Assembly: GCA_025057955.1 (NCBI GenBank)
Contig: JANXER010000003.1
Span: 2,181-66,180 of the forward strand
Source of the DNA: Candidatus Methanomethylicaceae archaeon
Lineage (GTDB): Archaea > Thermoproteota > Methanomethylicia > Methanomethylicales > Methanomethylicaceae
Length of the DNA stretch: 64,000 nucleotides
Direction of reading: 5' to 3'
In this document: in pieces, positions 1 through 9,990 of the stretch
Position numbering within the stretch: position 1 is the first letter of the stretch
Layout: the number at the start of each line of letters is the position of its first letter
Position numbers and translations under genes: made by a program
Notes under the pieces: model-generated
Databases searched by the model: none
Seen by the model: only the letters and a program-made list of their open reading frames with translations
Told to the model about the DNA's origin: nothing

Positions 1-189
1 CAATTGTTTAATAATTTTTATGCATGTAGAAAGACCAATATCCATTAGAGACTTAAAAACTATACTACCAGCAGTCAATCCATCTGCATCAAGATGAGAG
101 AATATTAATACTTCTTCATCATCAGGAATATTCTTAACTAATTCAGCAACATATTTAATTTTATGGAAAAATTCTTCATGTCCAGACAA
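1..189 (-). CDS. DHH-family phosphoesterase (RecJ/NrnA-like), N-terminal fragment running off the window; probable TTG start
   Basis: Reverse-strand translation ...FSHLDADGLTAGSIVF... matches DHH motif I/II (DxD / HxDxDG); the ORF is open to the window edge. Confidence 0.5.
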   Translation of the reverse strand, partial: MSGHEEFFHKIKYVAELVKNIPDDEEVLIFSHLDADGLTAGSIVFKSLMDIGLSTCIKIIKQL

Positions 190-199
190 GCTATCCCCC

Positions 200-646
200 T
201 TATTTTACTAATATTGAGATCTTCTCTGGAACATACTTCCAATCTGAGGGCAATTTTCCAACTTTGATATAATACTTTGCAAGTCTCTTTATTTTAGATT
301 CCACTAATTCAAGGCCCCTCTTTGAGCTCATATCTTTAGGATGTTCTTCTAGATGTCTTCTAATCATACTTGCACGTTTAATCAAATTAGCCAAATCCTC
401 AGGGAGTTTAGGTGCCAGTCCTTTCTCTTCTAATATTTCACATATTTTCTTTCCAGTAATTTGCTTTACCAAGGGAATTCCATATTGATCTCTAAGAACC
501 ATTCCAATTTGTGAGGGAGGAATACCCTTCTTCGCAAGATCTACAACTAAGAACTCCACTTCCTCTGGTGAGCTTCTTACCCATTTAGGCATTCCACTTA
601 AAGGTCTTGTGGAATGGGATTTTCCTTTTTCTTTGCTTTTTCTCAA
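200..646 (-). CDS. rps15: 30S ribosomal protein S15 (uS15/S13e)
   Basis: 148-aa ORF with the typical archaeal S15 N-terminal extension and C-terminal S15 fold sequence. Confidence 0.9.
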   Translation of the reverse strand: MRKSKEKGKSHSTRPLSGMPKWVRSSPEEVEFLVVDLAKKGIPPSQIGMVLRDQYGIPLVKQITGKKICEILEEKGLAPKLPEDLANLIKRASMIRRHLEEHPKDMSSKRGLELVESKIKRLAKYYIKVGKLPSDWKYVPEKISILVK

Positions 647-684
647 GCACTTTCACCCAAGTAAGCAAATAGAAAAGTAAACTA

Positions 685-1299
685 TTATTTAAGGTTTAAT
701 ATATTACTAATGTACCATTCTCCAAATTTTCTAAAGGCCTTTCCTCGATGAGATAGTCTGTCCTTATCTTCAGGAGGCATTTCAGAAAATGTTAATCCAT
801 TTCCAAATTTTGGAATGAATATAGGATCAAAACCAAAGCCGCTATTTCCACGAATTTCAAATGATATTTCACCATAAACTATGCCCTCAAATATGATTGG
901 CTTAGAGTTTGGTTGACAAAATGATACTACGCATTTAAATAAAGCGGTTCTATCATTAATATCATTCATAAGTTTTAAAATTCCCTCACAACCCAATTTA
1001 TCATAGACATAGGAAGAAAAGGGACCAGGAAAACCTTTTAATGCCTTTATGAAAAGTCCAGAATCCTCAACAATAACTGGTTTGAACATCCTCTTTGTAG
1101 CAAAAAGAGCAGCATATTTTGCTATCTTTTTGAGAGATTTAGATTGAATTTCCAATTTTATGAAATTTGATTTTATCAACTCTATTCCAAATGGTGAAAG
1201 AATGCGATTTGCTTCCTTTACTTTATGATCATTATTAGTAATGAAAAATATCTTATGAGTGTCTGCCAACATATCTGCCTCTCTTCCTAATTTCCTCAA
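685..1299 (-). CDS. Non-canonical purine NTP pyrophosphatase (Ham1/ITPase); true start probably the internal Met near 1272
   Basis: Ham1-family motifs: FITNNDHKVKEA, SGFGFDPIF, SHRGKA. Confidence 0.85.
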   Translation of the reverse strand: MRKLGREADMLADTHKIFFITNNDHKVKEANRILSPFGIELIKSNFIKLEIQSKSLKKIAKYAALFATKRMFKPVIVEDSGLFIKALKGFPGPFSSYVYDKLGCEGILKLMNDINDRTALFKCVVSFCQPNSKPIIFEGIVYGEISFEIRGNSGFGFDPIFIPKFGNGLTFSEMPPEDKDRLSHRGKAFRKFGEWYISNILNLK

Positions 1300-1894
1300 C
1301 TCTTTTCAATATATCAATCGCTTCTTCTTTCATTATCTCTTTATAGCCTAATATGAAGCTTTCATATGCTAATTCAGAATAGAGATAATGTGAGCTCTCT
1401 AAAGCCCTTCTCATCAAATGGATATCTACCCCCCTTGCTTCAATATCACAAGTATATTCACTCAAACCGAAATCAATGAAGAAAATTCTATCATCTTGAA
1501 GAAGCATATTTGATGTAGTCAAATCACCATGAACTATTCCGCCCTTATGAAGAATTCCAACTAATCTTCCAACCTCTATGAATAACTCCTTTAATTTTCT
1601 ATCATTTAAATTAGGAAGTACGTTTTTTAATGGAGGGCCGGGAATATAGCTCATTATTATTTCAGCTTCATCAAGATTTACATCATAAACGATAGGTGTT
1701 GGAACACCTAAAGTCCTAGCATTTGCTAAAGACTTTGCTTCAAGGCTAGTCCTAGTAGTACGTATATATCTATCTAAATCTGGATTGCGATATGGCTTAG
1801 CTATTCTACGCTTAATAATAACTTCTCTTTCCATCCATCTTCCTCGATATAGTTCAGCCTCAGCCCCCTTCTTTATTAACATCATTTTCTCCAA
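1253..1894 (-). CDS. bud32: KEOPS complex kinase Bud32/PRPK
   Basis: Small RIO-like kinase with HGDLTTSN and DFGLS motifs; overlaps kae1 in the conserved arrangement. Confidence 0.85.
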   Translation of the reverse strand: MEKMMLIKKGAEAELYRGRWMEREVIIKRRIAKPYRNPDLDRYIRTTRTSLEAKSLANARTLGVPTPIVYDVNLDEAEIIMSYIPGPPLKNVLPNLNDRKLKELFIEVGRLVGILHKGGIVHGDLTTSNMLLQDDRIFFIDFGLSEYTCDIEARGVDIHLMRRALESSHYLYSELAYESFILGYKEIMKEEAIDILKRVEEIRKRGRYVGRHS

Positions 1895-2862
1895 GGTATC
1901 TCTACCTCATCAAGGCGCCATTTCGATTTTATATAGCTTGATTCTATTGGAATAGTAACATTTTCCTTAAATGCTAAGTAACCAGTCCAAGCAATCATAG
2001 CACCATTATCACCAGCAAGTTCTGGAGAAACAACATAGAATTTTGCAGAATGTTCCTCACATACTAATTTTAAAATTCTTTGTAAGCGAGGACTTCTTGC
2101 AACGCCTCCTGTTAAAAGTAATGAAGATTTCTCAGTATGTGCTAAAGCTCTTTCGGCAACTTCTGCAAGCATGCCATAAGCCACTTCCAATAAACTCATA
2201 CTTAAGTCAAATTGATCAAACTGACCAATTTTTCTAATGGCTGTAGTTAATAAACCAGAATAGGAAACATCTTGTCCCTTAACAATATAAGGAAGGGGAA
2301 TGAAATTTCTTCCTTTTTCTGCCATGGCTTCCAACTTAGGAACTCCTGGATGTTGAAGACCAAGATGTCTAGCAAATACATCAAGACAATTACCTAGGGC
2401 TATATCCAAGGTCTCCCCAAAAATTCTATAACGTCCATCTGAAAATGCAGAAACTATAGTATTTCCTCCAGATACGTATACAACAAGAGGATCCTCCTCT
2501 CCAGTTATCAAGCGACCTATCTCAATATGAGCTATACAGTGATTCACAGGTATCAATGGCTTATCTAAAAGAAGAGCAAGAGCTCTAGCAATGGTTGCAC
2601 CAGTTCTTAAACATGGGCCTAAACCAGGGCCTAGTGATATAGCAATAGCATCAACTTCATTTAGATTAATCTTCGCCTCTTCTAGAGCTTTTTTTATTGT
2701 AGATGAGGCCTTAAGTGAATGATGCTGGCTAGCCTCTCTTGGATGTATTCCACCAGAGGGAGGAACATACTCAGATTTTACATTTGCTAAAATCTTTCCA
2801 CTTGATGTTACAATGCCGCAGCCAAATGTATGAGCGGTTGATTCGATGCCCAATATTATCAT
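1882..2862 (-). CDS. kae1: tRNA N6-adenosine threonylcarbamoyltransferase Kae1 (KEOPS)
   Basis: MIILGIESTAHTFGCGIV... with ASKH-fold and His motif; full-length 326 aa. Confidence 0.95.
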   Translation of the reverse strand: MIILGIESTAHTFGCGIVTSSGKILANVKSEYVPPSGGIHPREASQHHSLKASSTIKKALEEAKINLNEVDAIAISLGPGLGPCLRTGATIARALALLLDKPLIPVNHCIAHIEIGRLITGEEDPLVVYVSGGNTIVSAFSDGRYRIFGETLDIALGNCLDVFARHLGLQHPGVPKLEAMAEKGRNFIPLPYIVKGQDVSYSGLLTTAIRKIGQFDQFDLSMSLLEVAYGMLAEVAERALAHTEKSSLLLTGGVARSPRLQRILKLVCEEHSAKFYVVSPELAGDNGAMIAWTGYLAFKENVTIPIESSYIKSKWRLDEVEIPWRK

Positions 2863-2865
2863 AGT

Positions 2866-3036
2866 TCATCTTATGAAAATCGTATATCCACAATATCCAC
2901 AGGCCCATCTTGGATTTGGTTTGAGATGCTTTGCCATGAATCTTCCACATCTTGCACAAACTTTGTTTTTTGGCTTTATTGTTCGAGTTGTATAATCATA
3001 TTCATACATATCACAGGCCCTTGTTTTCTTTGTCAT
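2866..3036 (-). CDS. rps27ae: 30S ribosomal protein S27ae (eS31), 56 aa, missed by the ORF track
   Basis: Hand translation gives MTKKTRACDMYEYDYTTRTIKPKNKVCARCGRFMAKHLKPNPRWACGYCGYTIFIR, a C4 zinc ribbon. It sits in the conserved rps24e-rps27ae-kae1-bud32 context. Confidence 0.8.
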   Translation of the reverse strand: MTKKTRACDMYEYDYTTRTIKPKNKVCARCGRFMAKHLKPNPRWACGYCGYTIFIR

Positions 3037-3046
3037 TTTGAGTCAC

Positions 3047-3358
3047 CTATTTTTTACTTTGCTCTTCTGAATTTCTCAATTGTATATATTTGGGTTCTAT
3101 TTGTCTTGCACGTTCTGCATCCTTATAAATGTGAATTCTGCAGATTGATCTATTAGTACCGAAGGAAGTTATACAACTTCTAACATATATACAGTCCAAT
3201 GGTACTTTAAAGATAGTAGCAAGTGCTTTTCTAAGTTCAACTCTTTTTGGAGTTGTTTTAGAGGTTACCTCTAAAGTTAGTTCCCTTCTCTCAATTAAAG
3301 GGTTATACTTATCTTCTATGATTGAAATTTGGCTTTCTTCAATGGACATTAGCATCAC
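3047..3358 (-). CDS. rps24e: 30S ribosomal protein S24e
   Basis: ...NPLIERRELTLEV... S24e signature; directly upstream of S27ae. Confidence 0.9.
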   Translation of the reverse strand: MMLMSIEESQISIIEDKYNPLIERRELTLEVTSKTTPKRVELRKALATIFKVPLDCIYVRSCITSFGTNRSICRIHIYKDAERARQIEPKYIQLRNSEEQSKK

Positions 3359-3490
3359 TCTTGTAAAGAGAAGAAAAATCCCCTTTTTTAGCTTATCGTT
3401 AAAAATTCAAACTAACATAAATAAGCCTTAAAATCATTCAAAAAATTTAAATCAATCACCGGCAAATACTTACCGTATAGGTGAAACATA

Positions 3491-4735
3491 TTGGCCGAGA
3501 AAAACCCATACCAAATGGCGCTCGAGCAACTAGAAAAGTGCGCAAAAATAATGAACTTGGATCCAAATATACATGAAATTTTGAAATATCCAAAAAGGGT
3601 GCTTTGCGTCTATATTCCAGTTAGAATGGATAATGGGAAAATAAAGGTATTCAAGGGCTTTAGATCTCAGCATAACGATGCACTCGGTCCCTTCAAAGGT
3701 GGTATAAGATACCATCCAAATGTTACAATGGATGAAGTAATAGCTCTATCCATGTGGATGACTTGGAAATGTTCAGTGGTTGGATTGCCATATGGAGGAG
3801 GAAAAGGAGGAGTAATATGTAATCCAAAAGAAATGAGCATAGGAGAGATTGAAAGACTTTCTAGAGGATACTTCTATGCAATTTCAAAAATAGTTGGACC
3901 GGAGATAGATATACCTGCAGGTGATGTAAATACTTCTAGTAGAGAAATGGCATGGTTTATGGATGAGTATAGCAAGCTAAAGGGCTATAATGTTCCAGGA
4001 ACTATTACTGGTAAACCCGTGGAAATAGGAGGCTCGGAGGGAAGAACGGAAGCTACAGGGCTTGGTGTAGCAATTGTAGGAAGAGAGGCTGCAAAATGTT
4101 TAGGAATAAATCTGAAGGGAGCAAAAGTTGTAGTTCAAGGGTTTGGAAATGTAGGCTATTATTCTGCATACTTCTTGGAGAAATTAGGCTGTAAAATTAT
4201 AGGGGTTAGTGATTCAAGAGGAGGAATTTATAATAAAGAAGGATTGAAATTAGATGCCGTTCGAGAGTTTAAAGCAAAAACTGGATCTGTTGTAGGATTC
4301 CCAGGGGCGGAAGTGATAACTAATGAAGATCTACTTGAGCTAGAATGCGATATCCTTGTGCCCTCAGCTTTGGAAAATCAGATAACTGAAAAGAATGCAA
4401 ATAGAATAAAAGCAAAACTAATTCTCGAGGGAGCAAATGGCCCCACTACACCAGAGGCTGATGAAATACTTCATAAGAGAGGTGTAATGGTTGCACCAGA
4501 CATATTAGCAAATGCTGGTGGAGTAAGCGTATCCTACTTCGAATGGGTTCAGAATTTACAAGGGTATTATTGGAGCAAAGAAGAAGTGTTTGATAAACTC
4601 GATAAACTTCTTGTAAAGGCATTCAATAAAGTTTATAGGATCTATGAGGAATATAAAGTTGATATGAGGATGGCTGCATATGTCTGTGCAGTAAGCAGAG
4701 TGGCAGAAGCTATGAAAATAAGAGGTTGGGTTTAA
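3491..4735 (+). CDS. gdhA: Glutamate dehydrogenase
   Basis: GGGKGG Glu/Leu/Phe/Val dehydrogenase motif and Rossmann GFGNVG; 414 aa. Confidence 0.95.
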   Translation: MAEKNPYQMALEQLEKCAKIMNLDPNIHEILKYPKRVLCVYIPVRMDNGKIKVFKGFRSQHNDALGPFKGGIRYHPNVTMDEVIALSMWMTWKCSVVGLPYGGGKGGVICNPKEMSIGEIERLSRGYFYAISKIVGPEIDIPAGDVNTSSREMAWFMDEYSKLKGYNVPGTITGKPVEIGGSEGRTEATGLGVAIVGREAAKCLGINLKGAKVVVQGFGNVGYYSAYFLEKLGCKIIGVSDSRGGIYNKEGLKLDAVREFKAKTGSVVGFPGAEVITNEDLLELECDILVPSALENQITEKNANRIKAKLILEGANGPTTPEADEILHKRGVMVAPDILANAGGVSVSYFEWVQNLQGYYWSKEEVFDKLDKLLVKAFNKVYRIYEEYKVDMRMAAYVCAVSRVAEAMKIRGWV

Positions 4736-5244
4736 GGAACTCTCTCAAATCTATTAATAATTTCATAAACTTTTCTCTTTATTTCTTCATTTACAACTAC
4801 TAAAGCCATTCCCTTATCAGGAACTCCATATATTATGAAAGATCCTATTGGAGAATAAAGAATGGCAGGAAGTGCAAGTAAATCTTCTTCTCCATCCACA
4901 TAGATGATATAGTTACCATGAGAATTAAGTAATTTTTTTATTATGGAAATAGCTTCATAAGATATATGACCAGCTGGATTTTTCACAACCACATCTGAAG
5001 ATATTTTCAAATCAAAGGGCAAACGTCTACTCCTTCTATCATATATACCTAAGTTAGGAGTAATACCAAATTTTAGAAAATTGGAAAGAACAATATCACC
5101 AATTAATACAACCTTAGGAGGAGATTTTTCCTTTATCAAATTTATGACAAATTCAATATTTTTATTAATGTCATCAGTCAGAAGAAAGCCTAAAGATTTC
5201 GAGAGCTCCGCCCTCATATTCTCTGGAAGTTTGAGCATTTTCAA
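4732..5244 (-). CDS. DUF359/COG1909 protein (family of archaeal GTP-dependent dephospho-CoA kinase)
   Basis: 170 aa with a ...YVDGEEDLLALPAIL... motif. It occupies the conserved position downstream of rpoE-spt4. Confidence 0.6.
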   Translation of the reverse strand: MKMLKLPENMRAELSKSLGFLLTDDINKNIEFVINLIKEKSPPKVVLIGDIVLSNFLKFGITPNLGIYDRRSRRLPFDLKISSDVVVKNPAGHISYEAISIIKKLLNSHGNYIIYVDGEEDLLALPAILYSPIGSFIIYGVPDKGMALVVVNEEIKRKVYEIINRFERVP

Positions 5245-5247
5245 GCC

Positions 5248-5457
5248 CTAGCGAACCTTTATAGCATATCTTCCAGGCTTTTTGGCTCCAATAATTTCAG
5301 CTATAGCAGAGGAAGTATCAAGTATTATTATTAATCCATCCCAATCCTCTGTTATATCCATGCCTCCACATATGGGACATTTGGGTTCCTGCTCGCTAAG
5401 TATATATTTACATCTTCTGCATGCAAACTTAGTAGAAGAAGGTCTATCCTTTCTCAT
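5248..5457 (-). CDS. spt4: Transcription elongation factor Spt4 (RpoE'')
   Basis: CRRC...CPICGG zinc ribbon followed by the NGN-binding segment; immediately downstream of rpoE. Confidence 0.8.
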   Translation of the reverse strand: MRKDRPSSTKFACRRCKYILSEQEPKCPICGGMDITEDWDGLIIILDTSSAIAEIIGAKKPGRYAIKVR

Positions 5458-5463
5458 ATTTCA

Positions 5464-6042
5464 TCACTTCTTTGGAGCTTGAGACTTCTTAATACTCTCC
5501 TCAATCCAAGGTAAGGCACCAAGAAATGGTTGGCGCATAGTAAGTCCTATCTTGCTACTCTTAGATTGACCACTACCCAAGCTTATAGTAATTATTCTCG
5601 CTCTAACCATCATACCCTTTTCTAATACCTTCTGCGTCTCTTTTCCAATCAATGCTCCTCTTTTCTCATCATATGTTATAAAATCATCGATAATTTGAGA
5701 TACATGTACTAATCCATCCATTGGACCTATTCTAACGAACACACCAAAATCTGTAACATCTATTACTTCTCCCTCAACAACTTCTTGAATTGTAGGAACA
5801 TATACAAGCATATCAAAGGAGGCCTTATGATAAATTCCTCCATCTCCAGGAAGAATCTTTCCCACGCTTGAGACCTTTACATTTAAAACAGCTATAACAG
5901 CTCCAAATTCACGAGTTACTATTCCCTCATATGTAGATCTCAAGACCTCTGCAGCCACTTCTTCAAGTGGCATATCAAATTTATCTGGAGGGATTCTTAC
6001 GACATCATTAACTTGTAGAAGCTTAAACATTAATCTCACCAA
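5464..6042 (-). CDS. rpoE: DNA-directed RNA polymerase subunit E' (Rpo7)
   Basis: N-terminal Rpb7-like domain plus a C-terminal S1 domain (GEVIDVTDFGVFVRIGPMDGLVHVSQI). Confidence 0.9.
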   Translation of the reverse strand: MVRLMFKLLQVNDVVRIPPDKFDMPLEEVAAEVLRSTYEGIVTREFGAVIAVLNVKVSSVGKILPGDGGIYHKASFDMLVYVPTIQEVVEGEVIDVTDFGVFVRIGPMDGLVHVSQIIDDFITYDEKRGALIGKETQKVLEKGMMVRARIITISLGSGQSKSSKIGLTMRQPFLGALPWIEESIKKSQAPKK

Positions 6043-6088
6043 GTATGTTGATTTAGAAGGATTTAAAGCTATATATAAAATTTAATAT

Positions 6089-6526
6089 TCATTTACTATT
6101 AATTTTACTATTAATTTTAGTAACAAGATCTACTTCAGCAATAAGACGCTCATCCTTTAAATATATCACAGGTAGACCATTTTCTCTAAGCTTTTTTCTT
6201 ATATCTGAATCGCAAGTAGCAATAATATATCCTTTCGTTTTTGCCAAAAATAATAGCTTTTCATCCACACCTCCAGATATAGGAGGATCTGGCTCAAATT
6301 CAAAGTTCTCACAAATTTTTAAAGCTAGTTTTGCATTACGCCTCTCCTTAACTCCCCCCATGATAGCCAATTTCTCTAATTCTTTTTTCACACTTTCAAT
6401 AATAATAATTCTAAAGAATCCAAGTTCTATAAGCTGATTAGTAATATCAAAGGGTTTCTCTGTAGAATACATTATTATATTCGTATCGAGGATAACAGTT
6501 ATCAAATCTTTATTGCACATAACCAT
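6089..6526 (-). CDS. PIN-domain protein, Fcf1/Utp24-like (COG1412)
   Basis: VILDTNIIM start, acidic PIN residues, and the conserved position between aIF2-gamma and rpoE. Confidence 0.7.
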   Translation of the reverse strand: MVMCNKDLITVILDTNIIMYSTEKPFDITNQLIELGFFRIIIIESVKKELEKLAIMGGVKERRNAKLALKICENFEFEPDPPISGGVDEKLLFLAKTKGYIIATCDSDIRKKLRENGLPVIYLKDERLIAEVDLVTKINSKINSK

Positions 6527-7742
6527 ATCCTATTAGTCTCCATCTACCAGTTATCATTCTACTAATTGCAACCCTCATTCCAGACTCAGCGCAAACTGGA
6601 CGTTTTAAAATTAAATTTACCTCATCTCTATGTACTGAGGCTACTGTGCCAAGTGTTACAGCTGATCCTACAACAAGCATAAGATTCTCCCTAGGCTTCA
6701 ATTGTTCAACTCTGTGAAGTTCTTTTGTTCCAACAGCTCTTTCCAATAGGGAAAATTTTATGGTCAAATTATCCTGAATGGGAGGAAGAGTTCCAGGCTT
6801 GCCAACAATGTTTCCAACAAGTCCATCCGCTTTAGTTATTGTAGGATCTAAATATGTTCCAACACCTATGAGGCCGCCTGGTCCTACTTCTTCTAGGAAA
6901 TGTCCTCCTGCCATTAGACTAGAAACATACGTATATATTGGCTCATAATAGACTTTGCCTCCTTGTTCCACCTTAAGTCCCGGACTAATTTCTATCTCAT
7001 CACCTACTCTTAATCTTCCCTGAATTAAAGAGCCTCCAAGCACTCCGCCCTTTAAATCCATAGGTCTAATTCCAGGTTTATTTATATCAAATGATCTTGC
7101 TATATACATTCTTGCTGGTTTGGATGAATCTCTAGGAGGAGTTTTTATTCGATCCTCAAGAACTTGAATTAAATAATCAATATTTGTACCATAGATAGAG
7201 GATATAGGGATTATAGGAGCATTTTCTGCAATTGTGCCTTTAATAAATGATAAAATCTGATTATAGTTCTCAATAGCCTTCTGCTTATCCACAGCATCTA
7301 TTTTATTCTGAACAATTACAATATTTTTTATTCCTATTATTTCTAAAGCGACTAAATGTTCTCTAGTCTGTGGCTGAGGACATTCCTCATTAGCAGCTAT
7401 TACCAATATAGCACCATCCATTAAAGCAGCTCCAGATAACATAGTAGCCATTAGACTCTCATGACCTGGAGCATCAACAAAAGAGATTTTTCTGAGAAAT
7501 ATCGTTGGAATATTATGTATTGGACATATCTCTTTCGTGGTGAAGCATTCAGGAGGAGGGCATTCAGGACATCTTCTAAAAGTAGTATCAGCATATCCCA
7601 GCTTTATTGTAATTCCTCTTTTTAGCTCTTCACTATGACGAGCTGCCCAAACACCACTAAGAGCAGCTACAAGAGTAGTTTTTCCATGATCTACATGACC
7701 GGTCAAGCCTATATTACATTCTGGTTGCTTATATTCAACCAT
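6510..7742 (-). CDS. eif2g: Translation initiation factor aIF2 gamma subunit
   Basis: GHVDHGKTT P-loop, zinc knuckle CPxC...C, EF-Tu-like domains II/III; 410 aa. Confidence 0.95.
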   Translation of the reverse strand: MVEYKQPECNIGLTGHVDHGKTTLVAALSGVWAARHSEELKRGITIKLGYADTTFRRCPECPPPECFTTKEICPIHNIPTIFLRKISFVDAPGHESLMATMLSGAALMDGAILVIAANEECPQPQTREHLVALEIIGIKNIVIVQNKIDAVDKQKAIENYNQILSFIKGTIAENAPIIPISSIYGTNIDYLIQVLEDRIKTPPRDSSKPARMYIARSFDINKPGIRPMDLKGGVLGGSLIQGRLRVGDEIEISPGLKVEQGGKVYYEPIYTYVSSLMAGGHFLEEVGPGGLIGVGTYLDPTITKADGLVGNIVGKPGTLPPIQDNLTIKFSLLERAVGTKELHRVEQLKPRENLMLVVGSAVTLGTVASVHRDEVNLILKRPVCAESGMRVAISRMITGRWRLIGYGYVQ

Positions 7743-8091
7743 TTTTTTCCTCCTTGAGAACTAAGTTTATCTGAACTATATCTTCAGTTATCATGTTTCC
7801 TCTTACTAACTTCCTCCTCCTCTCACCTTTTCTTTTGGGATGATAGCCAGGAGGGCCAGAAAGAAGTATGTATTTCTTAGCTCCTCCTGGTATATCTGGC
7901 CTCATTGGAATACCGCTTTTATCACTTCCGCCTGTTATTACAAGCTTTTTGCCAGGGTGACCAAAGACCTCACCATCAACATGGTCGCCTATTTTTAGAC
8001 CAATGAAAATTTGTGCCATTTCATCCTTCACATTAAGCGCTTTGGATGTACCATCTTCTGGATTAGATATAACAAGTTTAAACTCTACCAA
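7735..8091 (-). CDS. rps6e: 30S ribosomal protein S6e
   Basis: S6e family sequence (GFPMRPD-like IPMRPDIPGGAKK). Confidence 0.9.
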   Translation of the reverse strand: MVEFKLVISNPEDGTSKALNVKDEMAQIFIGLKIGDHVDGEVFGHPGKKLVITGGSDKSGIPMRPDIPGGAKKYILLSGPPGYHPKRKGERRRKLVRGNMITEDIVQINLVLKEEKNG

Positions 8092-8152
8092 CCAGTTTCA
8101 CCTTTATCAAAGTTCGAAGTTAACAATGTTTATAACTCTTTCGCAAATTCTA

Positions 8153-9956
8153 TTATTCAATATTCTTCAACTCTCTATCTAAGTAAATCTTTAGAATTTT
8201 ATCAAGAAGTTCTAGCTCCTCTTGTGAAAGTCTATCCTTGAACTTCTCCTTAAGTAGGAATATATCATTTTCACCAACTGCTACATAAAGAATTTCGCCT
8301 TCCTTAACTTGACGTCCCACTATAAAATCACCTTTAACAGATATTGCAACTTTATCTCCTCTCTTTGCCATTTCAATATTGATTCCACGATCTTGTATCT
8401 GTAAAATTTCCCCAATGATTTCTCCATTTTCCTTCATTAATGGATAGCCTGGTTTTATGTAACCAAGTAAAACTTCGATACCAAATATCGGTGGAGAGCT
8501 CCTTCTAAATACATATCCAGGTAAAATTCTTAAAACTCCAGGAAGGATTATTTGACTAAACTCCCTGGAACGCATTTCCTCGATAGTCTTAGTATACCAA
8601 GCTTTGAAATCATCAACTATATGATATATTACATTACTAACGAAAATAGGAATCCCTCTATTTTTAGCTTCTATACTTGCTTCATGAGTCACATTGATAT
8701 TAAATCCTAGAATAGCTCCGAACTCAGGCTTTTTCCTCTTAACAATAGATGCTTCTATTATATCCTTTTTTCCAATTGGACCAATATCAGAAATTCTCAC
8801 CGGAATACCTGAATTTCTTAGAAATTTCACAAGTGCTTCTAAAGATCCCAGTGTATCTGCCTTTACCACAACACCATTTATATCGGAGTAGAATCTCAGT
8901 TCTGCCATTTCTTCACTTATCTTATTCTTTGCAAGCTCAATGGATGCTTCATCATTTGCTACTATTACTGGAGCACCACTAATTGCATCCTCTAATCCAG
9001 GTGCTACAATCTTTACACCAGCAGCTGCAAAAATTTTTTCAGTAGAAATGAATTTGTCCTCGGGATCTCTTATTTCATTTAATGGTTTAGGAAGTAAAAT
9101 AGCTCTGATCTTAGTTACAATTGGTCCATTCAATCCACCAACTACAATTGTATCACCCTTCTTTAATATTCCATTGAATAATATTACATCCAGGGTCTTT
9201 CCTAATCCAGGATCCTCCTTTGTTTCAAGCACCACTCCTTCACCAGGACCTTCTGTGGTGGATAATCTATTTGTTAAATAATGTTGTGCAAGCCCACAAA
9301 TTAAAGCAAGAAGCTCAGGAATACCCTCTCCAGTAACAGCGCTTGTAGGCACAATGGCGATCGTTCTGGTGAAATCTCTTATTCTATCATATCTATCAGA
9401 GGAAAAGCCATATCTTGCAAGCTCACCAATTACTCTATTTATCATATCATCTAATCGCTCTCTCACATAGGATTCTTGAAGCTTATAAGATTCAATAAAA
9501 GATTTATTTGGATGAGATTTCCATCCTGGGATTCTATCAATCTTATTTGCTGCAACTACAAAGGGAGTTTTACGAGATTTTAAAATTTCAATACATTCTT
9601 CAGTTTGCCGCTCAACTCCTTTTTGAATGTCAATAACAAGTATTGCAATATCCGATACTGAGCCTCCTCTAAATCTTAAATTAGAAAATACCTCATGACC
9701 AGGCGTATCTATAAATAATATTCCTGGTACTTTCAATTTAGCTTCAAATCCCTTTATAACAGAGCTACAATACTTAACAATAACATCCATGGGTAAGAAG
9801 CTGGCACCGATATGTTGGGTTTGCCACTGCTTAGATAGCAGTCATGGCCCCAACCTCGCGTGCCATTACACTAGTCCCCCTAATCCTATCTAGTAATAAA
9901 GTCTTTCCAACATCAACATGACCAAGAACAGTAACTATTGGCTGTCTAATTGGCAT
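8153..9956 (-). CDS. infB: Translation initiation factor aIF5B (IF2 homologue), interrupted by a predicted 22-nt BHB intron at 9821..9842; exons 9843..9956 and 8153..9820
   Basis: The upstream ORF 9831..10013 encodes the G1 region ([36 protein letters not shown]-). The downstream ORF 8153..9790 encodes the rest (TQHIGASF...DTPGHE...). They are in different frames, separated by an insert that folds as a canonical BHB; removing it restores the frame and the conserved motif. Confidence 0.85.
9821..9842 (-). other. Predicted bulge-helix-bulge (hBHBh') splicing-endonuclease intron within the aIF5B mRNA
   Basis: mRNA fold GUUGGG-GCCA-[UGA]-CUGC-UAUCUAA-GCAG-UGGC-[AAA]-CCCAAC: 6-bp outer helix, 3-nt bulge, 4-bp central helix, 3-nt bulge, 4-bp inner helix, 7-nt loop. 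Cleavage after the 2nd nucleotide of each bulge excises exactly 22 nt. Confidence 0.75.
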
Positions 9957-9990
9957 TATTCTCACCCTGTAAATATAATTAAAAAACCTT

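Noticed and set aside
2043-2237. The plus-strand 64-aa ORF, and the many similar 60-120-aa antisense ORFs in the track (examples: 8694..8891, 12608..12883, 28516..28794, 46057..46251, 49001..49300, 52980..53255, 62677..63030).
   Set aside because: Each lies wholly inside a well-supported conserved gene on the opposite strand and has low-complexity composition. They are typical antisense artefacts of AT-rich DNA.
2771-2959. A 62-aa minus-strand ORF overlapping the kae1 start and the S27ae gene.
   Set aside because: It is in the wrong frame relative to the convincing zinc-ribbon S27ae reading at 2866..3036.
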